Shown here one piece after another: positions 39,294-48,819 of a DNA stretch of 64,000 nucleotides. Both the position numbers and the translations under genes were made by a program. A model generated the notes under the pieces. That model had not been told where the DNA came from, did not search any database, and saw only the letters and a list, made by a program, of their open reading frames with translations. Every line of letters starts with the position of its first letter. The first letter of the stretch is position 1. The stretch comes from Longimicrobiales bacterium (GTDB taxonomy: Bacteria > Gemmatimonadota > Gemmatimonadetes > Longimicrobiales > Gaopeijiaceae): positions 896,001 to 960,000 of the forward strand of contig CBDFIQ010000002.1 of NCBI GenBank assembly GCA_965248195.1, written 5' to 3'.

Positions 39294-40510
39294 CCAACCG
39301 GGTCATCGCGGTCTTCACCGGCAACCGAGCGGAATACGGGCTGCAATATCCCATTCTGAAGGCCATCGACGCCCATCCCGACCTCGAGTACCGCCTCATC
39401 GTGTCCGGTGCACACCTCGACGATCAATTCGGACGCACCCTCAGCGAGATTCAGGACGACGGCTTCTCGATCGCGGCGGAAGTCGAGATCAACCTGGAAG
39501 CCGACACGCTGTACGCGACGGCGCAGGCGATCGGGTCGGGAATCCTCTCGATGAGCCACGCGCTAGATCGCATCCGACCGGACATGCTCGTCGTTTACGC
39601 CGACCGGTTCGAGGGTTTCGCGGCGCTCATTTCCGGCACACAGATGAACGTTCCCACCGCTCACGTCGAGGGAGGCGACCTCACCGAGGGTGGGGCCTTG
39701 GACGATTCCGTGCGCCACGCCATGACCAAGCTGGCCCATCTTCACTTCACCACCAACCCGCAGGCTACCAACCGCCTTTTGGCAATGGGAGAAGAGGCGT
39801 GGCGGACCCACACCGTTGGCTTCCCCGCGATCGATCTCGTGATGGAGGGATGCTACGCAGCGCGTGAGGACGTGGTGGCTCGCTATGGGCTCGATCTCAG
39901 TCGACCGGTCGTGGTTTTTACGCAACACTCAGTGACGACACAGTTCGATCAGGCGGGCGAACAAGTCAAGCCGTCCCTGGAAGCCATGGCGCAGCTGGCA
40001 GGCGAGGACGTGCAGGTCATCATTACGTATCCCAACAACGATGCCGGCGGCCGCCGTATCATCGAGCAGATCCGTAAGTTCGAGAACGGTGGAATGCCGA
40101 ACGTTCAAATCCATCGCTCGCTAGGGCGCTACAACTACCATGGTCTCCTCGCGCTTGCCTGGGATTCGAGTGTCCAAGTTGTGTGCGTCGGTAATTCGTC
40201 ATCGGGGATCAAAGAAACCCCCGCCTTCGGCTGCCCGACACTCAACATCGGATCTCGACAAGACGGTCGCTTGCGAGCCGCGAACGTGCTCGATGTCGGG
40301 TACGATTCCGAGCACATCTACGCGGCGGTCAAACGCTCTTTTGAGGACGGTGCGTTCCTGGAGATCTGCCGGACCTGCGACAACCCCTACGGGGTCGGTG
40401 ACGCGGGAAGGAAGATTGCTCAGGTCCTCGCCACGGTGAAGCTGGACCAGCAGCTACTGCGAAAACGGATGACGTTGCGGGGGGAAGTCCAGGACGGATG
40501 GTACCGATGA
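39290..40510 (+). CDS. neuC: Hydrolysing NDP-GlcNAc-type 2-epimerase (NeuC/LegG)
   Basis: TGNRAEYG, GAHL, DRFE, HVEGGD, DDSVRHAMTKLAHLHF, GNSSSG, GSRQDGR. Confidence 0.93.
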   Translation: MTNRVIAVFTGNRAEYGLQYPILKAIDAHPDLEYRLIVSGAHLDDQFGRTLSEIQDDGFSIAAEVEINLEADTLYATAQAIGSGILSMSHALDRIRPDMLVVYADRFEGFAALISGTQMNVPTAHVEGGDLTEGGALDDSVRHAMTKLAHLHFTTNPQATNRLLAMGEEAWRTHTVGFPAIDLVMEGCYAAREDVVARYGLDLSRPVVVFTQHSVTTQFDQAGEQVKPSLEAMAQLAGEDVQVIITYPNNDAGGRRIIEQIRKFENGGMPNVQIHRSLGRYNYHGLLALAWDSSVQVVCVGNSSSGIKETPAFGCPTLNIGSRQDGRLRAANVLDVGYDSEHIYAAVKRSFEDGAFLEICRTCDNPYGVGDAGRKIAQVLATVKLDQQLLRKRMTLRGEVQDGWYR

Positions 40511-40644
40511 CCTTGTCGGCACTCACCTCCAGGACCAACCTGCGCGACGCTGTACGTGTCATCGAAGAAGACCATCTACATGACGAGGACGCCCTCGAGT
40601 CCTATATTGCGAAAGCTTGGGCCCGGCAAATGGTGTCCGCATGA
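40507..40644 (+). pseudogene. 45-aa chimeric mini-ORF (nucleotidyltransferase N-terminus fused to a capsule-synthesis-protein C-terminal remnant)
   Basis: 40505-40569 repeats 42540-42604 with 4 mismatches. HDEDALESYIA resembles HDEHSLEAYVA of the 44585 ORF. Confidence 0.72.
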
Positions 40645-41309
40645 GCCATCAGGATTTTGAGCTTTACGCGAAGGAAAAGCCGTTCGGCCCCCAAATGCCA
40701 CCAACCTGGGCGAAAGCCTTTCGGGAAGTCGTTGACGAGCTTGGCCAGCCAGAAGCTGAACTGTGCATCCTTGACGTAGGATGTGGCGACGGGCGAATTT
40801 ATCCTTTTCTGCTAGGGGAGGGGATTTGCTCGGACAATATCCATGGGGTCGAGGTGTCGCACCGGCGTATCGACCGTTGCCGTGCGCTTGGTTGGGCGAC
40901 CGCGCAATACGTGCCAAACGGTGAAAAGCTGCCGTACGATGATGGCCAGTTTCAGATAATTAATTTCATGGAAGTTGTCGAACACATTCCAGGAAAAAAC
41001 ATAGAGGGCGTACTTGCCGAGTTACATCGTGTCCTGGCAGACGACGGGGTTTTGTTGATCACCACTCCCAATTATCCGATTAAGCGTTTTTATGACATTT
41101 ATGACGCCGTGATCCAGGGTATGAGGGAAAGGCTGAAGGACGACCCTACACACGTAATGTTTTACAGCCATGCGCGCCTTCGAAAACGGATGCAGAAGTG
41201 GTTTGAAACGATCCGCCCGCGCCCCTTCAAGAACGGGTTTCTGTACAAATACATCCGCCTTCCGTTTGTACAGCACAAGATATTCTATCTTTGCAGCGGC
41301 AGAAAATAG
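40641..41309 (+). CDS. Class I SAM-dependent methyltransferase
   Basis: ILDVGCGDG, LPYDDGQF, EVVEHI, LITTPN. Confidence 0.88.
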   Translation: MSHQDFELYAKEKPFGPQMPPTWAKAFREVVDELGQPEAELCILDVGCGDGRIYPFLLGEGICSDNIHGVEVSHRRIDRCRALGWATAQYVPNGEKLPYDDGQFQIINFMEVVEHIPGKNIEGVLAELHRVLADDGVLLITTPNYPIKRFYDIYDAVIQGMRERLKDDPTHVMFYSHARLRKRMQKWFETIRPRPFKNGFLYKYIRLPFVQHKIFYLCSGRK

Positions 41310-41360
41310 GTGGGCAGAGGAAAGGAAAAGTCACGTTTGGCACGCTTAGGGTGACGTGGG

Positions 41361-42353
41361 GTGCGTATACATTTTACTTATAAATTCATACTTGAGCCGT
41401 GGGGTGGAGCAAACAACTTTATGCGGGCGCTCCATGCTGGGCTTACTGAGAGTGGTACCTACGAGTTTGTAGAATCAATAGATGAACCCTGCGATGTCCT
41501 CTTTATGAATGAACTGGGTACAGGACCTGGCGGGGGTCGTAAGAACATTCCGTTGAGATTGGTTCGCAAACAGAAATCACGTTTTGTTGGGCTGTCGGAC
41601 GGTAAGGAGGCGGGGCGAAAAGTTGTCGTTAGAGCGGTGAACTTGAATTGGAATTCGTTTAATCACGGCCCACGAAATCATATCTTTGGTAAATGGAAGG
41701 ACCGACAAACGCTTGCTTTGCTCAACCTTGCAGACGCGGTGATTTTCCAGAGCGACTATCAGAGAGAATTTTTTAAAAAGGCAGGCTATAAGAATAAGAA
41801 TAGGAACTTTCTTATCCATAATGGTGCAGGCAATTCATTTTGGTCCAATAAGCCATCCCACCCAGCGCTTGGCGATACCATAAAGTTGGTTTCGTCGACA
41901 GCGAGCCCACGTAAGACAAAACGTCATGACTTGATTGCACGTATGTCTTTACTAGATGGTGTAGAAATAAGGCATCTTGGGAGGTGGCCAAAAAATCTTG
42001 ATGCGGGGAATGTCCAGCTGCTGGGTATGTTACCTCAAGATCAGATGGTGGAAGAAATGAAAACCTACCATTATTTTCTTCATACAGCCATCAAAGATCC
42101 TTGTCCTAATGCGATCTTTGAGGCGATATGTATGGGGTTGCCCGTTATCTTCAACCCGGCTATTGGCAGTAGCCCTGAGATTGTAGGGGATATTGGGTTG
42201 GCTTTACAGGAGGATGATCTCGCGTCGACGATTAGAAGGGCGCGGGTTCAGCTACTGGAATTGAGAGAGATTTTGCTTTCAAAACGATCATATTATTCTA
42301 TCAACAGGACGGTTCAAAGTTACAAGCAGGTATTTGAAGAAGTGATGACATAA
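41361..42353 (+). CDS. Glycosyltransferase family 4, lower GC than flanks
   Basis: GGANNF, VIFQSDY, IHNG, DPCPNAIFEA..GLPV. Confidence 0.78.
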   Translation: MRIHFTYKFILEPWGGANNFMRALHAGLTESGTYEFVESIDEPCDVLFMNELGTGPGGGRKNIPLRLVRKQKSRFVGLSDGKEAGRKVVVRAVNLNWNSFNHGPRNHIFGKWKDRQTLALLNLADAVIFQSDYQREFFKKAGYKNKNRNFLIHNGAGNSFWSNKPSHPALGDTIKLVSSTASPRKTKRHDLIARMSLLDGVEIRHLGRWPKNLDAGNVQLLGMLPQDQMVEEMKTYHYFLHTAIKDPCPNAIFEAICMGLPVIFNPAIGSSPEIVGDIGLALQEDDLASTIRRARVQLLELREILLSKRSYYSINRTVQSYKQVFEEVMT

Positions 42354-42541
42354 TGGAAATCCATGAGGATTTTGAACTTTCGCATGACCACCAGGATCTC
42401 TACGCTACCCAGCTGAGGCCGCTCCTCGGCGATGCTGCGGCTAGGCTGCGTTGGCGAGCTCCTTGGAATCGAGGAGTGACAGGTTCAGGTAGCGGCGGCT
42501 GCCCCATGCCTCGGTGGTCCTAAGCGCGACCACAGTGATCG

Positions 42542-43594
42542 ATGACCTTGTCGGCACTCACCTCAAGCGCCAACCTGCGCGACGCCGTACGTGTCATCGA
42601 AGAAACGCGCAAGACCATCGCGGTCGTGACGGACGATGCGGGCCGCGTCATCGGAGCGCTCACCGACGGCGACATCCGACGCGCGCTGCTTGCCGGCCGG
42701 GACCTTTCGGACCCCGTAACCGAGGCGATGAATCCCTCGCCGATGACGGCCGAGGAGACCATGGCGGAGGCGTATTTGCTCGAACGCCTCCAGACCAACA
42801 ACATCGAGGCACTGCCGCTTGTCGATGCCGACGGTCGGTTCAAACGCGTCATTCACATCAACGACTTGAGTCCGGAGGAACGCACCGGCGGCGCCGAGGG
42901 ATTCTTCGCGGCCGTCATCATGGCCGGAGGTGAAGGGCTTCGCCTGCGCCCGCTGACCGACAACACCCCAAAGGCAATGCTCGACGTAGGAGGCATGCCG
43001 CTCATCGAGCGCCAAGTCCGCCGCCTTGCGAAGTCCGGTATTAAGCGAATCTACATTTCGGTCGGCTACCTCCGGGAGGTGATCGAAGACCATTTGGGGG
43101 ACGGCGCCGATTTCGCGGTCTCAATTGAGTATTTGCATGAGGAGAAGAAACTCGGCACAGGGGGGGCGCTTACGCTGCTGCCCACTCGGCCGACAGGCCC
43201 GCTCCTGGTCATCAATGGCGACGTACTCACCACCTCGGACTACCGCCATCTTCTCGACTTCCATTTGCAGCACGACGCCGCCGTGACTGTAGCGGCAGCG
43301 GACTACCACCTGCAGATCCCGTACGGCGTGATAAAGGCGGAGGGTGTACGAGCCGTTGCGCTCGAGGAAAAACCCTCGCAGCGGTTTCTCTGTAACGCGG
43401 GTATCTACGCGCTCGCTCCCGGCGCCACGGGGCTCGTCCCCCACGACCAGTGTTATGATATGACGGACCTCATCGAACGCTGCATCGGTGAAGGACGTAC
43501 CGTCGTGGTATTCCCGATTCACGAGTACTGGACGGATATCGGGACGCCGGCCGAACTCGAGGAAGCCCGCGAGGCCATGAAGAGCCATGCCTGA
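42542..43594 (+). CDS. CBS-domain sugar-phosphate nucleotidyltransferase (PtmE-like)
   Basis: TDGDIRRALL (CBS), MAGGEGLRLRPLT..PK, LGTGG, NGD, YWTDIG. Confidence 0.9.
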   Translation: MTLSALTSSANLRDAVRVIEETRKTIAVVTDDAGRVIGALTDGDIRRALLAGRDLSDPVTEAMNPSPMTAEETMAEAYLLERLQTNNIEALPLVDADGRFKRVIHINDLSPEERTGGAEGFFAAVIMAGGEGLRLRPLTDNTPKAMLDVGGMPLIERQVRRLAKSGIKRIYISVGYLREVIEDHLGDGADFAVSIEYLHEEKKLGTGGALTLLPTRPTGPLLVINGDVLTTSDYRHLLDFHLQHDAAVTVAAADYHLQIPYGVIKAEGVRAVALEEKPSQRFLCNAGIYALAPGATGLVPHDQCYDMTDLIERCIGEGRTVVVFPIHEYWTDIGTPAELEEAREAMKSHA

Positions 43595-44588
43595 GAGTCT
43601 CGAGAACAAGCGCGTGCTGGTCACCGGTGCTGACGGTTTCATCGGAAGCCATCTCGTGGAGCGACTCCACTCACGGGGTGCCGAGGTCCGTGCGTTCGTG
43701 TACTACAATTCGTGGAATCAGATCGGATGGCTTGCCGATGTACGAGAACGTGTCCGGGCTGACGTTGCGCTGATTCCGGGAGACATCCGGGACCCCGAAC
43801 GAGTCCGAGAGGCCGTCGCTGGGTGCGACTATATATTTCACTTGTCTAGCTTGATCGCCATTCCCTATAGCTACAGCGCGCCGCGGTCGTATGTCGAGAC
43901 CAACGTCGGCGGAGCCCTCAACGTCCTTCAGGCGTGTCGAGAATCTGACCAGCTCATACGCCTTTTGCATGTTTCCACATCCGAGGTGTACGGCACGGCG
44001 CAGCGCGTTCCGATCGACGAGGACCACCCGTTGGTGGGACAGTCACCATATTCGGCGAGCAAGATCGCCGCCGACAAAATGGCAGAGAGTTTTTATCACT
44101 CCTTTGGAACCCCCGTGGTCACCGCCCGTCCGTTCAACACCTACGGTCCGCGTCAAACCGCCCGGGCTGTCATTCCAACTGTCGCCGCTCAGCTCCTCGA
44201 TGGATGCGCCGAGTTGCAACTTGGCGCTCTACACCCTACGCGCGACTTCAACTTTGCCACGGATACGGCGGACGGCATGATCGCCTTGGCTCTGTGCGCA
44301 GGTGCCGAGGGACAGGTAGTCAACATCGGGTCCGGCGAGGAGTGGTCCATCGAGCAAACAGCAAAACTGCTGATGGAGACCACGGGCCGGCAGGTCCCTA
44401 TTCGTTGCGAGGAGGCCCGCCTTCGGCCCGAGAAGAGCGAGGTAAACCGTTTGCTGGCCGACAATCGGAAGATCACAGAACTCACGGGCTGGCTCAGCAA
44501 GGTCTCATTCCCAGAGGGTTTGGAGCGCACAGTGGACTGGATCGGGCGCAACATGGCATTTTTCGACCCTGACAGATACGCGGTGTGA
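43587..44588 (+). CDS. NDP-GlcNAc 4,6-dehydratase (LegB-like)
   Basis: GADGFIGSHL, LIAIPYSY, STSEVYGTA, QSPYSASK, RPFNTYGPRQTARAVIP, SEVNRL. Confidence 0.88.
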   Translation: MPESLENKRVLVTGADGFIGSHLVERLHSRGAEVRAFVYYNSWNQIGWLADVRERVRADVALIPGDIRDPERVREAVAGCDYIFHLSSLIAIPYSYSAPRSYVETNVGGALNVLQACRESDQLIRLLHVSTSEVYGTAQRVPIDEDHPLVGQSPYSASKIAADKMAESFYHSFGTPVVTARPFNTYGPRQTARAVIPTVAAQLLDGCAELQLGALHPTRDFNFATDTADGMIALALCAGAEGQVVNIGSGEEWSIEQTAKLLMETTGRQVPIRCEEARLRPEKSEVNRLLADNRKITELTGWLSKVSFPEGLERTVDWIGRNMAFFDPDRYAV

Positions 44589-46180
44589 GAGTCTTCTTCT
44601 CGACTCAGAGCGGAAGCCTCCGGCTCTTCGACGCGCTGGCGGATGCGCTCGATGGAATGGTCGGCGTCCAACGCAGAGGCTTCGCCGTAGCGGACAGTTG
44701 GGCTTATGTGCAATGGTTGGACGCTAACCCCGATTTTGAACGACGCGACCACGTCCTCGTCAAAGAATGGGAGATCACGTCGCAACGTAGTGGCAAACCG
44801 GACCTCGAGTGCCTAGCCCGCTACGAAGCCGAATTGGGGGATCCCGATCTGTTTGGCGCCATCATCGCCGATCGCCGCTTGATCATGGGTCCCGATTGCA
44901 CCTACAGTCAGGATTATCGTCGCCGTTTCAGCGATGACGAATTATTGTGCATCCTCGAAGCGGGTTTGAAGGCCGTCGACCACGCTTTCACGGAGTTGAA
45001 GCCGGATCTCGCGATCAGCTTCGTTGCCGTCACCATGCTCGACTACCTCGTCTACCTGTTCGCCAAAGCCCGCAACGTCACTTTTCTGAACCTACGCCCG
45101 ACCCGGATCGCCGATCGGGTCATCTATGGTTCTACACTCAACGATCCCGCGCCCGAGTTCCTTCAGGTGTATCAGCGGTGTCTGGAGCAAGGGTCGGACA
45201 AAGTCGACGAAGCGCGAGAATGCATTCAGCGCGTCCGCACGCTCCACGGGCGGTATGAGGGGGTCGTGCGTCCGTCGAAAACACCAACTCAGCGTGTGAC
45301 AGTGCGCGGGGGACTCCTCAGAGCGGGCGTGCGGCAGTTGAAGATGTACCGGAAGTACCGCGCGAGTATTGCCGTGCGGGACAACCACGTACCCGGCGTG
45401 TTGCGCCCGCTGTTCTTCTTCAGTGTGGTGAACCCCGTGCGGGCCCGTTACGTCGAAGCTACACTGCGTCGTTCATACCTCAATCCCGACGAGCTTCAGG
45501 GCCGGCGCTACGCGTTCTACCCGCTACATAGCGAGCCGGAGGTCTCGATGCTCGTCTATGGGCGTCCGTTCGTCAACCAGATTGAAGTGATCCGTGCGTT
45601 GGCGACGAGTCTGCCGGCCGACATGATCCTCGTGGTCAAGGAACATCCCTGGATGGTCGGCAAGCGGAGTCTTTCCGCCTATCGTAAGATCCTTGCCATT
45701 CCGCGGGTACGCTTGGTGTCCCCTCACTTGGATGGGCGTACCTTAATTCAAACAGCGACCCTGGTGACGGTGTTGGCCAGCTCGATCGCGCTAGAAGCGG
45801 CCATGCTGCGCCGTCCGGCCCTGACGTTCGGCCACGTCCCGTTCAATGCACTGCCCGATTCCATGGTGCGCCGATGTGCTGATCTGACCCGGTTGCCCCA
45901 TGCGGTCCGAGACCTCATCGAGACGCACCACCATGACGAGCACAGCCTCGAAGCCTACGTCGCTGCGGTTCTGGAGCTGTCCGTTGGGGTCCAGTTCTAC
46001 ACCACGCTGCTGGGTCGTAAGGGGGCGCACGCAGAGCGTTCGGCCAGCTTTGATGAAGAGATCGTGCGACTCGCCGCGTACACCGTTCGGCGGCTGGATC
46101 CCGGGGGGATTCTAGGCACGAGCCCCGCGGGAGCGCCGCTGCAGTCGCCCGGCCCGGCGGTGCGATCCCGCGTTGAGTGA
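44585..46180 (+). CDS. Capsule-synthesis (KpsS-like) GT-B protein, candidate ulosonic-acid transferase
   Basis: FYPLHSEPE, NQIEVI, VKEHP, SSIALEA motifs. Confidence 0.65.
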   Translation: MRVFFSTQSGSLRLFDALADALDGMVGVQRRGFAVADSWAYVQWLDANPDFERRDHVLVKEWEITSQRSGKPDLECLARYEAELGDPDLFGAIIADRRLIMGPDCTYSQDYRRRFSDDELLCILEAGLKAVDHAFTELKPDLAISFVAVTMLDYLVYLFAKARNVTFLNLRPTRIADRVIYGSTLNDPAPEFLQVYQRCLEQGSDKVDEARECIQRVRTLHGRYEGVVRPSKTPTQRVTVRGGLLRAGVRQLKMYRKYRASIAVRDNHVPGVLRPLFFFSVVNPVRARYVEATLRRSYLNPDELQGRRYAFYPLHSEPEVSMLVYGRPFVNQIEVIRALATSLPADMILVVKEHPWMVGKRSLSAYRKILAIPRVRLVSPHLDGRTLIQTATLVTVLASSIALEAAMLRRPALTFGHVPFNALPDSMVRRCADLTRLPHAVRDLIETHHHDEHSLEAYVAAVLELSVGVQFYTTLLGRKGAHAERSASFDEEIVRLAAYTVRRLDPGGILGTSPAGAPLQSPGPAVRSRVE

Positions 46181-46255
46181 TCCACGTCGTATGGGATGCT
46201 CGACTGACGGCACCCTGATCCGTCCATCCAACCAGCCAGCGACGTCCACCACCTC

Positions 46256-47077
46256 ATGACCGGCATAACCGACTCCGAAGTACGAAGGCGTATCGAGGAA
46301 CTCGGTGCAGAACAGCCCTGGCACCACAACATTGAATTGCGCCCCGGATTGTGGACGGCACCGCACCGGAAGGAGACGCTCGCGACCAACCTCGGCAAGT
46401 GGGCCCGTCTACAACCGATCATCGATCAGTTGGACTTGCGGTCGGCAAAAGTGTTGGACGTAGGGTGCTCCGACGGCTTCTACGCCCTTCAGCTCGCGAC
46501 AGCCGGCGCGGCCAACGTCGTCGCGATCGAGGTCAACGAGCTTAGATTGCGCAAGTGCCGCTTCGTCCAAGAAGTCACCGGTGCCGGCAACATCACCTTT
46601 TCCCAGATCGGCGTCGACGACGTCGGCGAGGACGTGACGGAGCGATTTCGTGTGACCCTTTGCCTTGGCTTCTTGCATCGGTTTCCCGATCCCTATCGCT
46701 TGCTGACCAAACTGGCGCAATTGTCTGAGGCAGTCCTGCTCGAATGGAAGGTGGCACCTGACGACAACGTCGATCAGCCGACGATGCGGCTGGCCACAGC
46801 GCATCGGCGTGGCATCGACGATTACAACATCTCGTACTTCCATCCGACGGTGAGTTGCGTGCGAGAGATTCTGGGACACGGCGGTCTACACAACCATTAC
46901 CGCATCGATGACGGTCGATCCAAACGGGTCGCTATGGTCTCCGCCCGGCATCCCCTCGACCTCAATCCTGATAGCTACTTCTCAGCCCCGACTGCCAAGA
47001 TCAAGCTGGTTTTCAAATACTCGAGGCTATATCTCAGGAGCGTCACCAAGGTCTTGTCGGGGAGGGTCCGATATTGA
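46256..47077 (+). CDS. SAM-dependent methyltransferase (CmoB/DUF1698-like)
   Basis: PWHHNIEL, VLDVGCSDGFY, LGFLHRFPDP. Confidence 0.8.
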   Translation: MTGITDSEVRRRIEELGAEQPWHHNIELRPGLWTAPHRKETLATNLGKWARLQPIIDQLDLRSAKVLDVGCSDGFYALQLATAGAANVVAIEVNELRLRKCRFVQEVTGAGNITFSQIGVDDVGEDVTERFRVTLCLGFLHRFPDPYRLLTKLAQLSEAVLLEWKVAPDDNVDQPTMRLATAHRRGIDDYNISYFHPTVSCVREILGHGGLHNHYRIDDGRSKRVAMVSARHPLDLNPDSYFSAPTAKIKLVFKYSRLYLRSVTKVLSGRVRY

Positions 47078-47940
47078 TCATTGCACAACCGGGCCGCTAT
47101 GCCACAGGATTGAACATGGAACACATTCCCTTATCAGTTCTGCGCGACCTGCAGCGCCTCGCCACACACCTGTGGATGCACAAGCGGGAAATTGTCGCGA
47201 ATGAGTTCTCGAAGCCCCACATCCTTCTCAAACGACACGCGCAGCTCTCGCGCATAGACCTCGACCGCTGCACGAACTCCCTCGGATTCTCGTACGCCGT
47301 CACTGGTTGGCATCCGGTGACCGCTTTGCTTGGCGAGAACCCCAGCGGCCGACTCACCGTAGCGCCCGAGCAATCCGTGTTTGCCCGGTTCTTCTCGCGG
47401 TATTGCCCAACGAGTATGCGGGACCTGCCCGACCAGCTTGACGAGGACGTCAGCTTTGCGCCCCCTGTGGGGGTCTTGCCGTGGGGGGGCTTCACCCGGC
47501 AGGACGCGGTAACCGGCGGGACGCCACTCCGGGAAACCAGCTGGCTATTCGGCCCCCTCGACGATCAATCGATTCGTTTGAACATGACGAGAACGTTCGA
47601 CGTCTATGCCAGCCTGAAGCGATCCGGATACGCACCGTGGCGGCTGTTCAACTCGTTCATCGAAGGATGCTTCCTCGAACGGTCCAACGGCGATCGTATC
47701 TTCGTCATTATGCACGGTAAGCACCGCGCCGCAGTGTTGCGGTTCCTCGGCTTCGAGTCGGTCGTGGTGCGCTGCACTCCTGACTCTGTTGGTGTCATCC
47801 GTGAACGCGACGTGCACAACTGGTATTACGTGAAGAGTGGCGTGTGCTCTCGGGAGGACGCGTTGGCCTATTTTCGCGCCTACTTCGAACTTTCCGGCCG
47901 CGAGCGCGCGGTTAAACTGGGCTTGGTGGCCGCATCGTGA
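47074..47940 (+). CDS. Uncharacterised protein with ParB/Srx-like GxHR motif, paralogue A
   Basis: SLKRSGY...IFVIMHGKHRAAVLRFLG. Confidence 0.6.
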   Translation: MIIAQPGRYATGLNMEHIPLSVLRDLQRLATHLWMHKREIVANEFSKPHILLKRHAQLSRIDLDRCTNSLGFSYAVTGWHPVTALLGENPSGRLTVAPEQSVFARFFSRYCPTSMRDLPDQLDEDVSFAPPVGVLPWGGFTRQDAVTGGTPLRETSWLFGPLDDQSIRLNMTRTFDVYASLKRSGYAPWRLFNSFIEGCFLERSNGDRIFVIMHGKHRAAVLRFLGFESVVVRCTPDSVGVIRERDVHNWYYVKSGVCSREDALAYFRAYFELSGRERAVKLGLVAAS

Positions 47941-48746
47941 TTCCTTCGGTTTGCCTTGTGCTGCCCACGCGTGTTCCACCGCGTCTACGGTACCCTTTCG
48001 CCACGGGGTGGCGCGTACTCACGGCGCCCTGGCGCCAACGCACGATCGACCTGGATATAGCGACCACGATCTTCGGATGCTCATTCGGGAGGGCCGGCTG
48101 GAATCACCTCGTCGAGTTCCTGCGCGAGTACGATGCTCGTTCAGGTCTACGGTGGGACGACTCCATCCTGCATCGGTATCACAAGAATTTTCACCCAGCG
48201 AGCGTCTGCGATCTTCTCAACCTGCCCCTAGCGAACGCATGTGAAATCCCGCTCTTCACGTATCCTTGGGGTACGTTGGTCCTGAACCAGACGGACAGAC
48301 ATCGACAGGTCGGGCGATCGCGTTTCTGCGGCCCGTCGACGGACGAGTTCATCGAGGCCGAACACCATCGGACCATTCGCTTGTACCAGCAGATGCGGCA
48401 CAACGGGTATACTCCGTGGCGATATGGATGCACCTTCATCAGCGGTACGTTTCTCGTGGATCGGGCCGGTGAAACGAGATTTATCGTCATGGGGGGCAAC
48501 CACCGCCTGGCCGCCCTGGCCGCGCTGGGTGTGCGGCGCGTGACGGTCCGCACCGACCCGAGGCTCCTGTTGACGCAGGTCGACGAACGCGAAGTCGACC
48601 AATGGCCGCTCGTTCGCAGCGGCAGGTGCTCGCGGTCGGCCGCCTTGGCGATCTTCCGCCTCTATTTCGAGGAGAACGGCGAACACGTTCGCCGTTGGGT
48701 ATACGGCCCGCCTTCGTCACCCCTCCCAGCTCAGGTAGACTCGTGA
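47937..48746 (+). CDS. Uncharacterised protein with ParB/Srx-like GxHR motif, paralogue B
   Basis: QMRHNGY...FIVMGGNHRLAALAALG; shares GW.H, PWG, F.GP, GY.PWR, V.SG.CSR..AL..F with paralogue A. Confidence 0.6.
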   Translation: MIPSVCLVLPTRVPPRLRYPFATGWRVLTAPWRQRTIDLDIATTIFGCSFGRAGWNHLVEFLREYDARSGLRWDDSILHRYHKNFHPASVCDLLNLPLANACEIPLFTYPWGTLVLNQTDRHRQVGRSRFCGPSTDEFIEAEHHRTIRLYQQMRHNGYTPWRYGCTFISGTFLVDRAGETRFIVMGGNHRLAALAALGVRRVTVRTDPRLLLTQVDEREVDQWPLVRSGRCSRSAALAIFRLYFEENGEHVRRWVYGPPSSPLPAQVDS

Positions 48747-48819
48747 GTACAGTGAGTTTGTCATCAGCGTTGGGCATGCGTTCCCACTGGTTTTGTTATA
48801 GGATGCCTCGACCGGTAGA

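Noticed and set aside
42360..42383. 18/20-nt match to the methyltransferase 5' end (about 40646)
   Set aside because: Too short to separate from chance, and it does not extend.
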